In this document: piece after piece, positions 20,925 through 30,142 of the stretch
Layout of the letters: the number at the start of each line of letters is the position of its first letter
How positions within the stretch are numbered: position 1 is the stretch's first letter
Virus record (IMG/VR): IMGVR_UViG_3300020428_000009
DNA: 64,000 nt
DNA from: an uncultured virus (IMG/VR IMGVR_UViG_3300020428_000009)
Lineage: Duplodnaviria > Heunggongvirae > Uroviricota > Caudoviricetes
Strand: one strand, 5' to 3'
Program-made: the position numbers and the translations under genes
The notes under the pieces: generated by a model
What the model saw: the letters and a program-made list of their open reading frames with translations, nothing else
Databases searched by the model: none
Told to the model about the DNA's origin: nothing

Positions 20925-20932
20925 GAGGAAAT

Positions 20933-21295
20933 ATGGCAGACGATTTTGATTTTGGTTTTACCGCTGTAGATGAGATTCCAGCAGGAGAACCAAAAGAACC
21001 AATAAAAGCAGAAGTTCCAGATGATTTTAAAGATTCTATCATGGCAAAATTAGAACAACTGGAATCTAGAATTCTTGAAGCAGATAACAGTGGCATGGTC
21101 AACGAGCATAGAACATTGATAGAAAGTGATGTTGCTAGTAAGTTGCGTGATGTAGAAGACTTAATATTGCCGCTACTATCTAATCTAAAAAAGAATCCAG
21201 AAAAAGATTACATTCATTGGCCCAATCGAAATGTGATCATAGATAAACAGATTGAGAAGATACAAGCAGTAACGAGGTATTTTGAGAGAATATAA
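20933..21295 (+). CDS. Conserved hypothetical phage protein
   Basis: Strong AGGAGG RBS; DFDFGFTAVDE and NPEKDYIHWPNR motifs. Confidence 0.65.
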   Translation: MADDFDFGFTAVDEIPAGEPKEPIKAEVPDDFKDSIMAKLEQLESRILEADNSGMVNEHRTLIESDVASKLRDVEDLILPLLSNLKKNPEKDYIHWPNRNVIIDKQIEKIQAVTRYFERI

Positions 21296-22011
21296 TGATT
21301 GTTACATGTGGCGATAGTTTCGCCTGTTTTGATAAAAGAGAATCAAAAGAACTTCAATGGCCAGTTTATGTTGCCCGAAATCTAGGATATATATCTTCCA
21401 AACAACTTCATTTAGGCAGAGGTGCTAGTGATAACTGGTACATATATCTTCAAGCAAGATGGGCATTAGAAAATCATAATATAGATTACTTACTAGTTTG
21501 GTGGACCTCAACCGAAAGATTTTTTGTTAGACATCCTGATACAGAAGAAACGAAAATACCCTTGGCACCAAATCAGGTGGCCACTCATATAAATTTACCA
21601 GAAATAAATCATGTCTGGAAAGATTATGATCCTCAATATATTAGTGAAACATATAACAATGTGATACATGATTCAGATTTTCAATTTAATCAAAAATATA
21701 TGGACGAGTGTAGAGCGAGGCATAATTTATTAGAAGAAGATTGGATTGTTTTACAAAAATATTGGGAAAAATTTCATTCATCTAAAAAGAACGAGTTAGA
21801 ATTAGAGACTATGCAATATGTTATAAAGCATATGTGTGAAGAAAAGAAGATAAAATATATTAGTTTGCCAGATGAACACCTTAAGAATCTGAAAGCAGAA
21901 GAATTAGATACGGATATATTATGCAATCATTTTGGAATTAGAGGACATAAAGCGATAGGGGATTATATATTAAATGATCTTCTATTATACGAGACTAGAG
22001 TGAGGTTCTAA
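21295..22011 (+). CDS. SGNH/GDSL-hydrolase-like hypothetical protein
   Basis: GDSF, GASDN, C-terminal NH..GH. Confidence 0.55.
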   Translation: MIVTCGDSFACFDKRESKELQWPVYVARNLGYISSKQLHLGRGASDNWYIYLQARWALENHNIDYLLVWWTSTERFFVRHPDTEETKIPLAPNQVATHINLPEINHVWKDYDPQYISETYNNVIHDSDFQFNQKYMDECRARHNLLEEDWIVLQKYWEKFHSSKKNELELETMQYVIKHMCEEKKIKYISLPDEHLKNLKAEELDTDILCNHFGIRGHKAIGDYILNDLLLYETRVRF

Positions 22012-22142
22012 TGAAGGAAGAGATCGAACACCAGAAACAACAAACTAGATTTGAGAAGAAGAAGATAGAAAATCAAGCCGAACAGATCAAAAAACAGTGG
22101 GAAATGATCAAAAAAATGCTGTCCGAGCAAGAAAAAAAGTAA
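22011..22142 (+). CDS. Small coiled-coil protein (43 aa, not in ORF track)
   Basis: ATG overlaps upstream stop, GAGG RBS; MKEEIEHQKQQ...EQEKK. Confidence 0.5.
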   Translation: MKEEIEHQKQQTRFEKKKIENQAEQIKKQWEMIKKMLSEQEKK

Positions 22143-22163
22143 TTATTTTTCTTTTTCTTTGTA

Positions 22164-22176
22164 AATCAATGACTTA
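22164..22176 (+). promoter_or_regulatory. IHF-binding-site match (AATCAATGACTTA)
   Basis: Fits WATCAANNNNTTR, preceded by a T-rich tract, just upstream of a promoter. Confidence 0.55.
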
Positions 22177-22192
22177 AAAGTGTACAAAACCC

Positions 22193-22220
22193 TTGACTTT
22201 TACTCAGATTCCAGTATAAT
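22193..22220 (+). promoter_or_regulatory. Early sigma70-type promoter TTGACT-N16-TATAAT
   Basis: Motif; shares a 27-bp identical block with the promoter at 24554. Confidence 0.8.
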
Positions 22221-22247
22221 AGTATATGTAATTGAGAGAGTTTAAGT

Positions 22248-24548
22248 ATGCAAATAGCCCAAACAGATTATTTAGCGAAATTGCTTGCGACGGAAGATGT
22301 CAGTGTTAGATATGACAATGTTCCGACAGCAATGTTCGATCTAAAAACACGAACCATTATTCTCCCAAACTGGAAAGAATGTTCTCCTGCTTTGAGAGAT
22401 TTACTTGTTGGTCATGAAATTGGTCACGCTTTAGAAACTCCACCTGAGGGTTGGCATGATGCGATTTGTGATCAAGGTAAAGGATTCAAGTCATTCTTAA
22501 ATATTTGTGAGGATGCTAGAATTGAGACCGCAGTTAAGACTAAGTACCCTGGCATAGTCAGAAGTTTTTACGCAGGTTATAAAGAGTTGTTGGCAAAAGA
22601 TTTCTTCGGCATTGCTGGTAGAGATTTACAAGAATTGCCTTTAATCGATAGAATCAATCTTCACACCAAATGCGGCAGTTTGCTCGGCATTCAGTTTTCT
22701 GAGGAAGAGCAAGAGTTAGTCGATAGAGTTACGAATACCAATTCATGGGATGATGTAATGAACATTGCCTCAGAACTTTATGAGTATTCTAAAACTGAAG
22801 AATCTATGATAGAAGAACAACAAGACCTCTCTTTCGGTGAAGGAGATGATTTTGAATTCGATGAGTCTGATGATTACAGCGAGTCAAGTTCCACACCTTC
22901 ACAATCAGGTGAGTCTGAAGAGGAAGAAGACCAAGAGTCAGATTCTTCTGGTCAGAATGATGAGTCCGAAGAAGAGACTCAAGAAGAAAATTCATCCGCT
23001 TCTAATGAAGAGACTGAAGAAGAGGCTGAAGAAGAAAAATCTGAATCTAAAACAGAAACTGGTGGTGACATTAACGAAGGCTCTGATGCCGAATGTGACC
23101 CTGAAGCCATGACTGATACTAATTTCAGAAATAATGAAGAATCATTAGTCAATAATGATGTTAAATATATCGAAACTGTCAAGTGGATGAAATCTAAAAA
23201 AGATGATGTATATGTCATGCCAGTTTCTAAGACTTGGGACTTTGAGTTTGAATTCAGAAAAGGTGTTGCACTTGGTAATTACACTACCGTAACAAAAGCA
23301 ACGGCTGAGTCTATGTTGTGGAATGAATTCAATCAAAAGAACAAAACTTATATCAATCTTCTCGCCCAACAATTTGAGATGAAGAGAAAAGCATCCGTGC
23401 TTGCTAAAGCAAAGCAGTATAAGACTGGCAAGTTGAATGAAGATAAGTTGTGGGCATACAAGTTGACCGAAGATTTGTTCCTTGCAAATACAGTTATTCC
23501 TGATGGCAAGAATCATGGTCTTTTCATGATGATCGATATGTCAGGTTCCATGCATAATCAAATGGGTGCGACAATAGAACAGTTGTTAATCCAAGTTGCG
23601 TTTTGTAAGAAAGTAAATATTCCTTTCAAAGTGTACGGGTTCTCTGGCAATGGTCCAAAGTCTTCAGAAGTATATGACAAGATGGCGGCAAACATTGATT
23701 TCAGTGAAGGCAATTTGTTTATTGCTAATTCACATTTCTGTTTGATCGAATTGATTTCTTCCGAATTGTCTGGTAAAGATTATACTCAGACTTTCAAGAA
23801 ACTTCTCTCTTGGAAATTGGCATACACTTACCACAACTACTATGAAGATAGCGAGTTGTACCTTGAGAGGTATGATATTCCAGGTCACCTTCAGTTATCA
23901 CAAACTCCACTAGCACCAGCAGTTATGGTTGCTAGAAACTTAGCGATTAAGTTCCAGAGAGATAACAGAGTTGAGGTTTTAAATACGATAATTCTTACCG
24001 ATGGTGGTAATACTGATGAATTAGATATTGCTACTGGTGAGAACTTTGTTGATGGCGAGTTCAGACCTTACAAGTCTAAAAGACTTGAATACAGATGGGA
24101 TGAACTTCACATTAAAGAAGGTCCTGTTCTTACCAAATTCTCTACTGAAGAGAACAATGGAAGACACCATCAATCTATGTGGTACAAAGCCGCACTAAAG
24201 CATTACAAAGTTACCACTGGTTCTAGAATGATCTCCTTCTACATTTGTGATAATAAGAAAAGAGAAGTAGAACTAGCATATAGTGAGGCTACCGCTTCTT
24301 GGTGGAATGAAGAGTTTGATGCCAAGTACAAAGGCTTCAGAAAGAATAACTTCCTAGAAATCGAGAACGCTGGTTCTTTTGATTCAGTTTTCATCATTAA
24401 AGGTGGTAGAGACCTTGAAGTAGATGACGCAGAATTAGAGGTTGCTAGTGCTAAGAAAAGCGATCTCCTCAGAGGTTTTAAGAAGTTTAACAAAAATAAG
24501 TCAAATTCTAGAGCATTTTTGACTGCTTTTATTGAAAAAGTTGCATAA
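22248..24548 (+). CDS. CobT-like protein: HExxH metallopeptidase-like N-terminus, acidic linker, VWA domain
   Basis: GHEIGH; MIDMSGSM (MIDAS) and ILTDG; adjacent to MoxR/CobS ATPase. Confidence 0.8.
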   Translation: MQIAQTDYLAKLLATEDVSVRYDNVPTAMFDLKTRTIILPNWKECSPALRDLLVGHEIGHALETPPEGWHDAICDQGKGFKSFLNICEDARIETAVKTKYPGIVRSFYAGYKELLAKDFFGIAGRDLQELPLIDRINLHTKCGSLLGIQFSEEEQELVDRVTNTNSWDDVMNIASELYEYSKTEESMIEEQQDLSFGEGDDFEFDESDDYSESSSTPSQSGESEEEEDQESDSSGQNDESEEETQEENSSASNEETEEEAEEEKSESKTETGGDINEGSDAECDPEAMTDTNFRNNEESLVNNDVKYIETVKWMKSKKDDVYVMPVSKTWDFEFEFRKGVALGNYTTVTKATAESMLWNEFNQKNKTYINLLAQQFEMKRKASVLAKAKQYKTGKLNEDKLWAYKLTEDLFLANTVIPDGKNHGLFMMIDMSGSMHNQMGATIEQLLIQVAFCKKVNIPFKVYGFSGNGPKSSEVYDKMAANIDFSEGNLFIANSHFCLIELISSELSGKDYTQTFKKLLSWKLAYTYHNYYEDSELYLERYDIPGHLQLSQTPLAPAVMVARNLAIKFQRDNRVEVLNTIILTDGGNTDELDIATGENFVDGEFRPYKSKRLEYRWDELHIKEGPVLTKFSTEENNGRHHQSMWYKAALKHYKVTTGSRMISFYICDNKKREVELAYSEATASWWNEEFDAKYKGFRKNNFLEIENAGSFDSVFIIKGGRDLEVDDAELEVASAKKSDLLRGFKKFNKNKSNSRAFLTAFIEKVA

Positions 24549-24553
24549 AAGAC

Positions 24554-24581
24554 TTGACTTTTGGCAAAAAACCAGTATAAT
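24554..24581 (+). promoter_or_regulatory. Early sigma70-type promoter TTGACT-N16-TATAAT
   Basis: Motif; duplicate of the 22193 promoter module. Confidence 0.8.
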
Positions 24582-24615
24582 AGTATATGTAATTGAGAAA
24601 AGTGAGAGAGTAAAT

Positions 24616-25818
24616 ATGAATATACCTAAACCAAAACAAGACCTCTTTGAGGCAATCTCAGCGGCTGATGGAGATAATTTCACCAGAGCCGAGATTCAAA
24701 CTATCGCACAGTCTATTGGGCTAGCGAAGCAAGGTGCGGCTGTCGGGTGGATAGTGAGAAACTACGCAGTCGGTAAAAACCAGTACTCAGTTAAAGGAGA
24801 AGCACTTGGTGTCCAACAAGCCGTCAATAGTAATGTTGCACAACCTGTTGTTGCTCAGCCTCTTGAAGTTATCGAAACTAAGCCAGAGACTGTCGAAGCC
24901 TCTGCGGCTAAGATTTTGACCCAAGCAAAATTGGCTGTCGAAATTGACAATCTGGTTCCTGAAAAAGATGAGACCTATGTTCCTTTCGGTTTCTATAAAG
25001 ATTTGGTGAACATTGTCAAGTCTGATATGTTCTATCCAACTTTTATTTGTGGTCTCTCTGGTAACGGTAAGACTATGATGGTCGAGCAAGTTTGTGCCAG
25101 ACTGAAAAAAGAAGCGATCAGGGTCAATATCTCCATCGAGACTGATGAAGATGATTTGATTGGTGGTAATACACTGGTCGATGGCAATGTAGTTTACAGG
25201 GAAGGTCCTGTACTGACTGCTATGAAGAGAGGTGCGATCCTCATTCTAGATGAAATTGATAGGGGTTCTAACAAGTTGATGTGCCTACAAGCGATCCTTG
25301 AAGGAAAGCCTTACTTCAATAAGAAGTCTGGTGAGGTTGTTCAACCCGCTCCAGGTTTTAATGTGATTGCTACTGCTAATACCAAGGGTAGAGGTTCCGA
25401 TGACGGCAAGTTCATGGGTGCCCAGATCCTTGATGAGGCATTCCTCGAAAGGTTTGCTATTACTGTTGAGCAAGAATATCCTTCCAATGCCCAAGAGAAG
25501 AAAATTGTTCTCAATAAGATGTCAGTTGCCAATTGCATTGATGAAGAGTTCGCTACTAACTTAGTGAACTGGGCTGAAGTCATCAGGAAGACCTTCTATG
25601 AGGGTGCGATTGATGAGTTGATTTCGACCAGAAGGCTAGAACATATTGTCAAAGCCTTTGCAATGTTTGGTGATAGACTGAAAGCCATTCAGTTATGTGT
25701 CAATAGATTTGATACTGATACCAAAACTGCCTTTGTCGACCTTTACACCAAGGTCGATGAAGGGGTCGACCTCAATGCTGAAACCTCTGATGAAGAAACT
25801 GATGAAGAGGCAATTTAA
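24616..25818 (+). CDS. cobS: CobS-like / MoxR-type AAA+ ATPase
   Basis: GLSGNGKT, ILDEID, TANTKGRG, DEAFLERF, ISTRRL; start placed at ATG after GAGAGAG RBS. Confidence 0.88.
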   Translation: MNIPKPKQDLFEAISAADGDNFTRAEIQTIAQSIGLAKQGAAVGWIVRNYAVGKNQYSVKGEALGVQQAVNSNVAQPVVAQPLEVIETKPETVEASAAKILTQAKLAVEIDNLVPEKDETYVPFGFYKDLVNIVKSDMFYPTFICGLSGNGKTMMVEQVCARLKKEAIRVNISIETDEDDLIGGNTLVDGNVVYREGPVLTAMKRGAILILDEIDRGSNKLMCLQAILEGKPYFNKKSGEVVQPAPGFNVIATANTKGRGSDDGKFMGAQILDEAFLERFAITVEQEYPSNAQEKKIVLNKMSVANCIDEEFATNLVNWAEVIRKTFYEGAIDELISTRRLEHIVKAFAMFGDRLKAIQLCVNRFDTDTKTAFVDLYTKVDEGVDLNAETSDEETDEEAI

Positions 25819-25819
25819 A

Positions 25820-26170
25820 TTGAGTGATATAGATTACAAGTTCCGAGAGGACGAATTGATTTCCGAGTTGCAAACTTATATTGACAACACCTACGAAGGT
25901 CATTATGGTCAAGGTGGTTTGCAATCTTCTGAAGTCATAGTAGACCGCGGTAGAGGACTTGACTTTTTCCTAGGCAATGTCGATAAGTACAATGCCCGCT
26001 ATGGAAAGAAGGGTTCTGCTGACGATCACCGTAAAGATATACTGAAGATATTGCACTATGCACTATTGGCACTTTACGAACATGATCGCCAGAACCCTCC
26101 ACATCGCTCTGATAGTGATATAAATATTTCATATACATTACCAGAGTACAGTTTGAAGTTGACTGAATAA
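25820..26170 (+). CDS. Conserved T4-like hypothetical protein (DUF3310-like)
   Basis: TYEGHY, GNVDKYNARYGKKG, DILKILHYA; TTG start next to cobS stop. Confidence 0.65.
   Translation: MSDIDYKFREDELISELQTYIDNTYEGHYGQGGLQSSEVIVDRGRGLDFFLGNVDKYNARYGKKGSADDHRKDILKILHYALLALYEHDRQNPPHRSDSDINISYTLPEYSLKLTE
26119..26126 (+). promoter_or_regulatory. T4-type late promoter motif inside the 3' end of the 25820 ORF
   Basis: Exact TATAAATA about 55 nt before the hairpin. Confidence 0.45.
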
Positions 26171-26233
26171 ACAACTTCACCGACCCTCGGGGCTTACTCT
26201 CTCACTCTCTCAAATAGCCCCGAGGGTCTTTTT
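26132..26233 (+). ncRNA. Putative ~100-nt late small RNA with anti-RBS loop
   Basis: Late promoter plus terminator; loop complementary to GAGAGAGT leaders (see findings). Confidence 0.4.
26182..26233 (+). terminator. Intrinsic terminator with 13-bp GC-rich stem and unusually large 21-nt pyrimidine-rich loop
   Basis: gaccctcggggct / agccccgagggtc + ttttt. Confidence 0.85.
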
Positions 26234-26235
26234 CA

Positions 26236-26243
26236 TATAAATA
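26236..26243 (+). promoter_or_regulatory. T4-type late promoter TATAAATA
   Basis: Exact motif after terminator. Confidence 0.75.
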
Positions 26244-26275
26244 AGTAGAGTGAATGAGTTTAACGGAGACAAGAA

Positions 26276-26623
26276 ATGGCGTACAGATTCCAATATGTAC
26301 AAACAAGACCATCAACTGATGTTGAGTGGTACCAATTTAAATCAGATAGTTCTACGGAATGGAACACCCAAAGCGATGAGACTTTGGCTATTATTAATGA
26401 CGCTGGTGCAACTAAGTCTTTTACATTTTCTGATGACAATCTGACTTGGACAGTTTTAGTAGATTTCCCAAATAAAGCATCCGCTGATGCCTGTGCAGAC
26501 GCCTGTGCTTCCAATAATACATCCAAATACGCCGGTAAGAATGTTGACGAACATCCAGATTTCGTGGCTTACCGAAGTGCTAATAGTTTAACTTTTACGG
26601 AAACAGAAATCGGCACCGTATAA
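26276..26623 (+). CDS. Hypothetical late protein
   Basis: GGAG RBS, late promoter upstream. Confidence 0.6.
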   Translation: MAYRFQYVQTRPSTDVEWYQFKSDSSTEWNTQSDETLAIINDAGATKSFTFSDDNLTWTVLVDFPNKASADACADACASNNTSKYAGKNVDEHPDFVAYRSANSLTFTETEIGTV

Positions 26624-26633
26624 AATATTTCAC

Positions 26634-26662
26634 TTGACTTTTGTTTGTGAATGATGTATGAT
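26634..26662 (+). promoter_or_regulatory. Sigma70-type promoter TTGACT-N17-TATGAT (gp45)
   Basis: Intergenic motif. Confidence 0.7.
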
Positions 26663-26699
26663 GGATAAAATTTGATAATTGTGATGGAGACTTTATATA

Positions 26700-27347
26700 A
26701 TGAAAATATCAAACGAAACGCTGGAGATTCTACGGAATTATTCCACAATTAATACGAACATACTGATTAGACCCGGTAATGTTCTTTCAACTGTATCGAA
26801 TGGCATCAATATTTTTTCCCGAGCAGAAGTTAAAGAAACTTTTGATCGAGAGTTTGCCATTTACGATCTCAATAAACTGCTAGGAGTTCTGTCAGTACAC
26901 CCAGAAGCCGATCTTGAATTTACTGAAGATCGAATAATCATTGCTGGTAATGGTCAAACAGAATTCTTTTTCGCAGACCCATCGATTGTTACAGCCGCAC
27001 CAGATAAGACTATAGAAGTCGATAATTACTGGGCGTGTAGTATCGATGCCACCCTGATCAACAACTTGGTAAAGTTTGCCTCTGTTCTTTCTGCACCCAT
27101 ATTAAGCGTGGTGAGTAAGAATGGTAGAGTAACAATCGGAGTTGGTGATCCCACAACAGCCAAGACTGATAGCCACACAATAGAAATTGGTACATCACCA
27201 AATGAATTTGATTGCCGATTGCCTGTTGAAAATTTCAAGGTTATTCCTGGAACTTATAATATGATTCTGAGCCAGAAAAAGTTTATGTATCTTGAAGGTA
27301 CTGGTATTAAGTACTGGTTAGCCCTTGAACCTACTTCACAGATATAG
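26700..27347 (+). CDS. gp45: Sliding clamp
   Basis: MKISNETLEILRNYSTIN, FAIYDLNKLL, YWLALE. Confidence 0.93.
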   Translation: MKISNETLEILRNYSTINTNILIRPGNVLSTVSNGINIFSRAEVKETFDREFAIYDLNKLLGVLSVHPEADLEFTEDRIIIAGNGQTEFFFADPSIVTAAPDKTIEVDNYWACSIDATLINNLVKFASVLSAPILSVVSKNGRVTIGVGDPTTAKTDSHTIEIGTSPNEFDCRLPVENFKVIPGTYNMILSQKKFMYLEGTGIKYWLALEPTSQI

Positions 27348-27355
27348 GAGATATT

Positions 27356-27970
27356 ATGATCGAAGTCGGAACCAAAGTCCCTGATATAACTTTCAAGACT
27401 CGGGTACGAGATGAAAGTGTCGAAGGCGACAATCCATTTACTTGGAAAGATATAACTACTGCTGATTTGTTTGCAGATAAGCGAGTAGTATTGTTTGCTT
27501 TACCTGGTGCATTTACACCTACATGTTCTACTTATCAACTTCCTGGCTTTGATGATCTGTATCCAGATTTTCTAAATGCTGGTATCGATGAGATTTATTG
27601 TTTGTCAGTCAATGACAGTTTCGTTATGAACAAATGGGCAGACTGGGCTAAAGTCAAAAATTGTAAGATGATACCCGACGGCTCTGGTTTATTCACAAGT
27701 GCTATCGGAATGATGGTAGATAAAGATAATCTCGGATTCGGTTTTCGATCATGGAGATACGCTTTACTTCTTAATGACGGAGTTGTTGAGAAGGCATTCA
27801 TAGAACCTGGATTTACTGACAATGCAGAAGATGATCCATATGGTGAATCTGATCCAGCGGCAGTACTTAGTTATATAACAGGAGAAAGTCCTGTTCAACC
27901 CAAAGGTCGCCAGTTGACATTAGACCTAGAAGATGGTATAATGAACAAAGATAAACTTGGCGCAAATTAG
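27356..27970 (+). CDS. Peroxiredoxin (Prx5 family)
   Basis: PGAFTPTCS, SVNDSFVM, RSWRYA. Confidence 0.93.
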   Translation: MIEVGTKVPDITFKTRVRDESVEGDNPFTWKDITTADLFADKRVVLFALPGAFTPTCSTYQLPGFDDLYPDFLNAGIDEIYCLSVNDSFVMNKWADWAKVKNCKMIPDGSGLFTSAIGMMVDKDNLGFGFRSWRYALLLNDGVVEKAFIEPGFTDNAEDDPYGESDPAAVLSYITGESPVQPKGRQLTLDLEDGIMNKDKLGAN

Positions 27971-27978
27971 GAGAAGGT

Positions 27979-28155
27979 ATGCGGAAAAAGAATGTTAATG
28001 AGAGAAGAATCGTTGCATTGGAAAATCTGAAGAAGTCAGAGTTTTTTCCAAAGCAGATCAAATCTGGTAAGAAGATGATTGATCGTTCTGAAGAGGCTTG
28101 GAACGAAAAGAAAGCCTATAACATTGACATTTTAGAAAAGAGGATTTCAAGATGA
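27979..28155 (+). CDS. Small basic hypothetical protein (58 aa, not in ORF track)
   Basis: AGGAG RBS; stop overlaps gp44 ATG. Confidence 0.55.
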   Translation: MRKKNVNERRIVALENLKKSEFFPKQIKSGKKMIDRSEEAWNEKKAYNIDILEKRISR

Positions 28156-29084
28156 GCGAAGAATTTCTTTGGGTCGAGAAGTATCGACCTTCAACTATAG
28201 AAGACTGTGTTCTTCCAGATGTTGTAAAAGAAACCTTTGGTCAGTTTCTTGTTAAGGGTGAGATACCCAATCTTCTTTTGAGTGGTACTGCTGGAACTGG
28301 AAAGACTACAGTTGCCAGAGCGTTATGTGAAGAACTTGGTAGTGATTATATTATTATCAATGGCTCTGAAGAAAGTGGTATTGATGTTCTCCGCACAAAA
28401 ATCAAAGACTTTGCCAGTACTGTATCTTTTGAAGGTAAACCAAAAGTTGTCATACTAGACGAGGCAGATTATCTAAATCCCAATTCTACACAACCAGCAT
28501 TGCGTGGTTTTATAGAAGAGTTTTCTGCCAACTGTAGATTTATCTTCACATGTAATTTTAAGAATCGTATTATCGAACCGCTTCATAGTCGAACAACTGT
28601 GATTGATTTCAGACTAGCAAAATCTGACAAGCCAATTATGGCTGAGCGATTTATGAAGAGAATGATGACTATTCTTAATCGTGAACAGGTGAAATATTCA
28701 GATAAAGTTCTTGCAGAACTTTTGATGAAACACTTTCCTGATTACAGGCGAGTGATAAATGAACTTCAAAGATACAGCGCCTCTGGCATTATTGATGAAG
28801 GTATTCTCAGTAATTTAGCAGAGTTGAATACCAAAGATTTATTGAACAGTCTTCAAGATAAAGACTTTAAGAAGATGCGCCAGTGGGTTGCGAATAATTA
28901 TGATACTGATCCACAGGGAATCTATCGAAAGATTTATGATGCGTTGTTGGACAAGATTGAGCAACCAGCACATATGGTTTTATTAATAGCAGATTATCAA
29001 TACAAAGCGGCTTTTGTTGCTGATCAAGAAATCAACATTACCGCTTGTTTGACCGAGATCATGGTGAATGTTAAATTTAAATGA
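28152..29084 (+). CDS. gp44: Clamp loader large subunit
   Basis: LWVEKYRP, GTAGTGKT, ILDEAD, PLHSR. Confidence 0.96.
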   Translation: MSEEFLWVEKYRPSTIEDCVLPDVVKETFGQFLVKGEIPNLLLSGTAGTGKTTVARALCEELGSDYIIINGSEESGIDVLRTKIKDFASTVSFEGKPKVVILDEADYLNPNSTQPALRGFIEEFSANCRFIFTCNFKNRIIEPLHSRTTVIDFRLAKSDKPIMAERFMKRMMTILNREQVKYSDKVLAELLMKHFPDYRRVINELQRYSASGIIDEGILSNLAELNTKDLLNSLQDKDFKKMRQWVANNYDTDPQGIYRKIYDALLDKIEQPAHMVLLIADYQYKAAFVADQEINITACLTEIMVNVKFK

Positions 29085-29847
29085 TGCAACTCTAGAAGAT
29101 GCCCATAATATCGCTAGGAGTCTCGTCAGAGAGACTCCATGGGTAGCATTTAGCAAGCAAGACTTGACTATGCAACAAGAAGTAGACTTCTGTAGTATGA
29201 TTGGAGAGTGTCAGAAGGTGCTCGGAGAGCGATCTAAGCATATTGCGATACATGATAACATACTAAGAGTGACTGGAGAACTTGATGAAGCGGGTGAACC
29301 AGGTCTCTTTGGACATGAAGAAGCATTAGATTGGCATGCTAATCAAGCGAGTAACTATGAGCGATCTCCATTGATATGGTTGTACGCTAAGAAAGATACG
29401 CATGGTAGTGTCACCAGTTGGATAAATATGATTGAAGCGTATGATGATCTGTCCTCAATTACGAAAAGAGAGATCCAAGATATTCAAATTACTTTAGGAT
29501 ATAAAGTTGGTTCTTATTCTGACAGTAAATTTTTCGTAGAGCATCACGCTACCGACAAACCTTTTAATTTAGTTCATACTAATGATGGTGGACAGAAAGG
29601 TCTTTATTTTCCATTTCTTCAGATTTTTGGAATGGTAGGTAAAGGTGAGCGTGAGTTTGGTCAGTTGATGGAATTTTTAACTGAACATGTTTTGAAAGAT
29701 AAGTATAGATATGATCATGAATGGAATGATGGTGATGTGGTCATTAGTGAACAGTGGTTAAGTATTCATAAACGCCACACATTTAAGCACATGCAAGATC
29801 GTGTACTACATCGAATTGCTTTTGATTATGATAGAGTTGAAATATGA
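29068..29847 (+). CDS. TauD/TfdA-like Fe(II)/2-oxoglutarate dioxygenase
   Basis: LDWHAN, WNDGDVVI..IHKR, RVLHR. Confidence 0.78.
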   Translation: MLNLNDATLEDAHNIARSLVRETPWVAFSKQDLTMQQEVDFCSMIGECQKVLGERSKHIAIHDNILRVTGELDEAGEPGLFGHEEALDWHANQASNYERSPLIWLYAKKDTHGSVTSWINMIEAYDDLSSITKREIQDIQITLGYKVGSYSDSKFFVEHHATDKPFNLVHTNDGGQKGLYFPFLQIFGMVGKGEREFGQLMEFLTEHVLKDKYRYDHEWNDGDVVISEQWLSIHKRHTFKHMQDRVLHRIAFDYDRVEI

Positions 29848-30059
29848 AAGATATAATTTTGTACTTGGTAGATTTTTTTGTTAGGATATTGAAGTTAATT
29901 ATATGGGTAGCGATAGCATTTTTAATAATAGAAATATTTCTGGCACTTTGGCCAGGAGCAACTATATATTTACAAATTGGCGAACCAATAACTGGAGTTG
30001 CCTGTGAATATATGGCAGTTAACGGACAGGAGAATTCGGTCTTGTATAACTGCGGCTAG
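29844..30059 (+). CDS. Small membrane protein
   Basis: Hydrophobic N-terminal segment; overlaps upstream stop. Confidence 0.5.
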   Translation: MKDIILYLVDFFVRILKLIIWVAIAFLIIEIFLALWPGATIYLQIGEPITGVACEYMAVNGQENSVLYNCG

Positions 30060-30093
30060 AAATAGCACGAATAGAGAATTTCAGGAATTCTGG

Positions 30094-30123
30094 TTGACAA
30101 CTGCTAAGAAAGTGGCGTATAAT
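30094..30123 (+). promoter_or_regulatory. Sigma70-type promoter TTGACA-N18-TATAAT
   Basis: Consensus hexamers in intergenic gap. Confidence 0.7.
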
Positions 30124-30142
30124 AAAAATGTTGTTTTGAACG

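Noticed and set aside
24532..24615. Longer N-terminus for the CobS-like ORF given by the ORF track
   Set aside because: This stretch holds the promoter and RBS; the ATG at 24616 is the better start
22248..25818. Cobalamin biosynthesis (CobNST chelatase) feeding the B12-type radical SAM
   Set aside because: No cobN or other cob genes in the window; a generic MoxR/VWA pair explains the motifs
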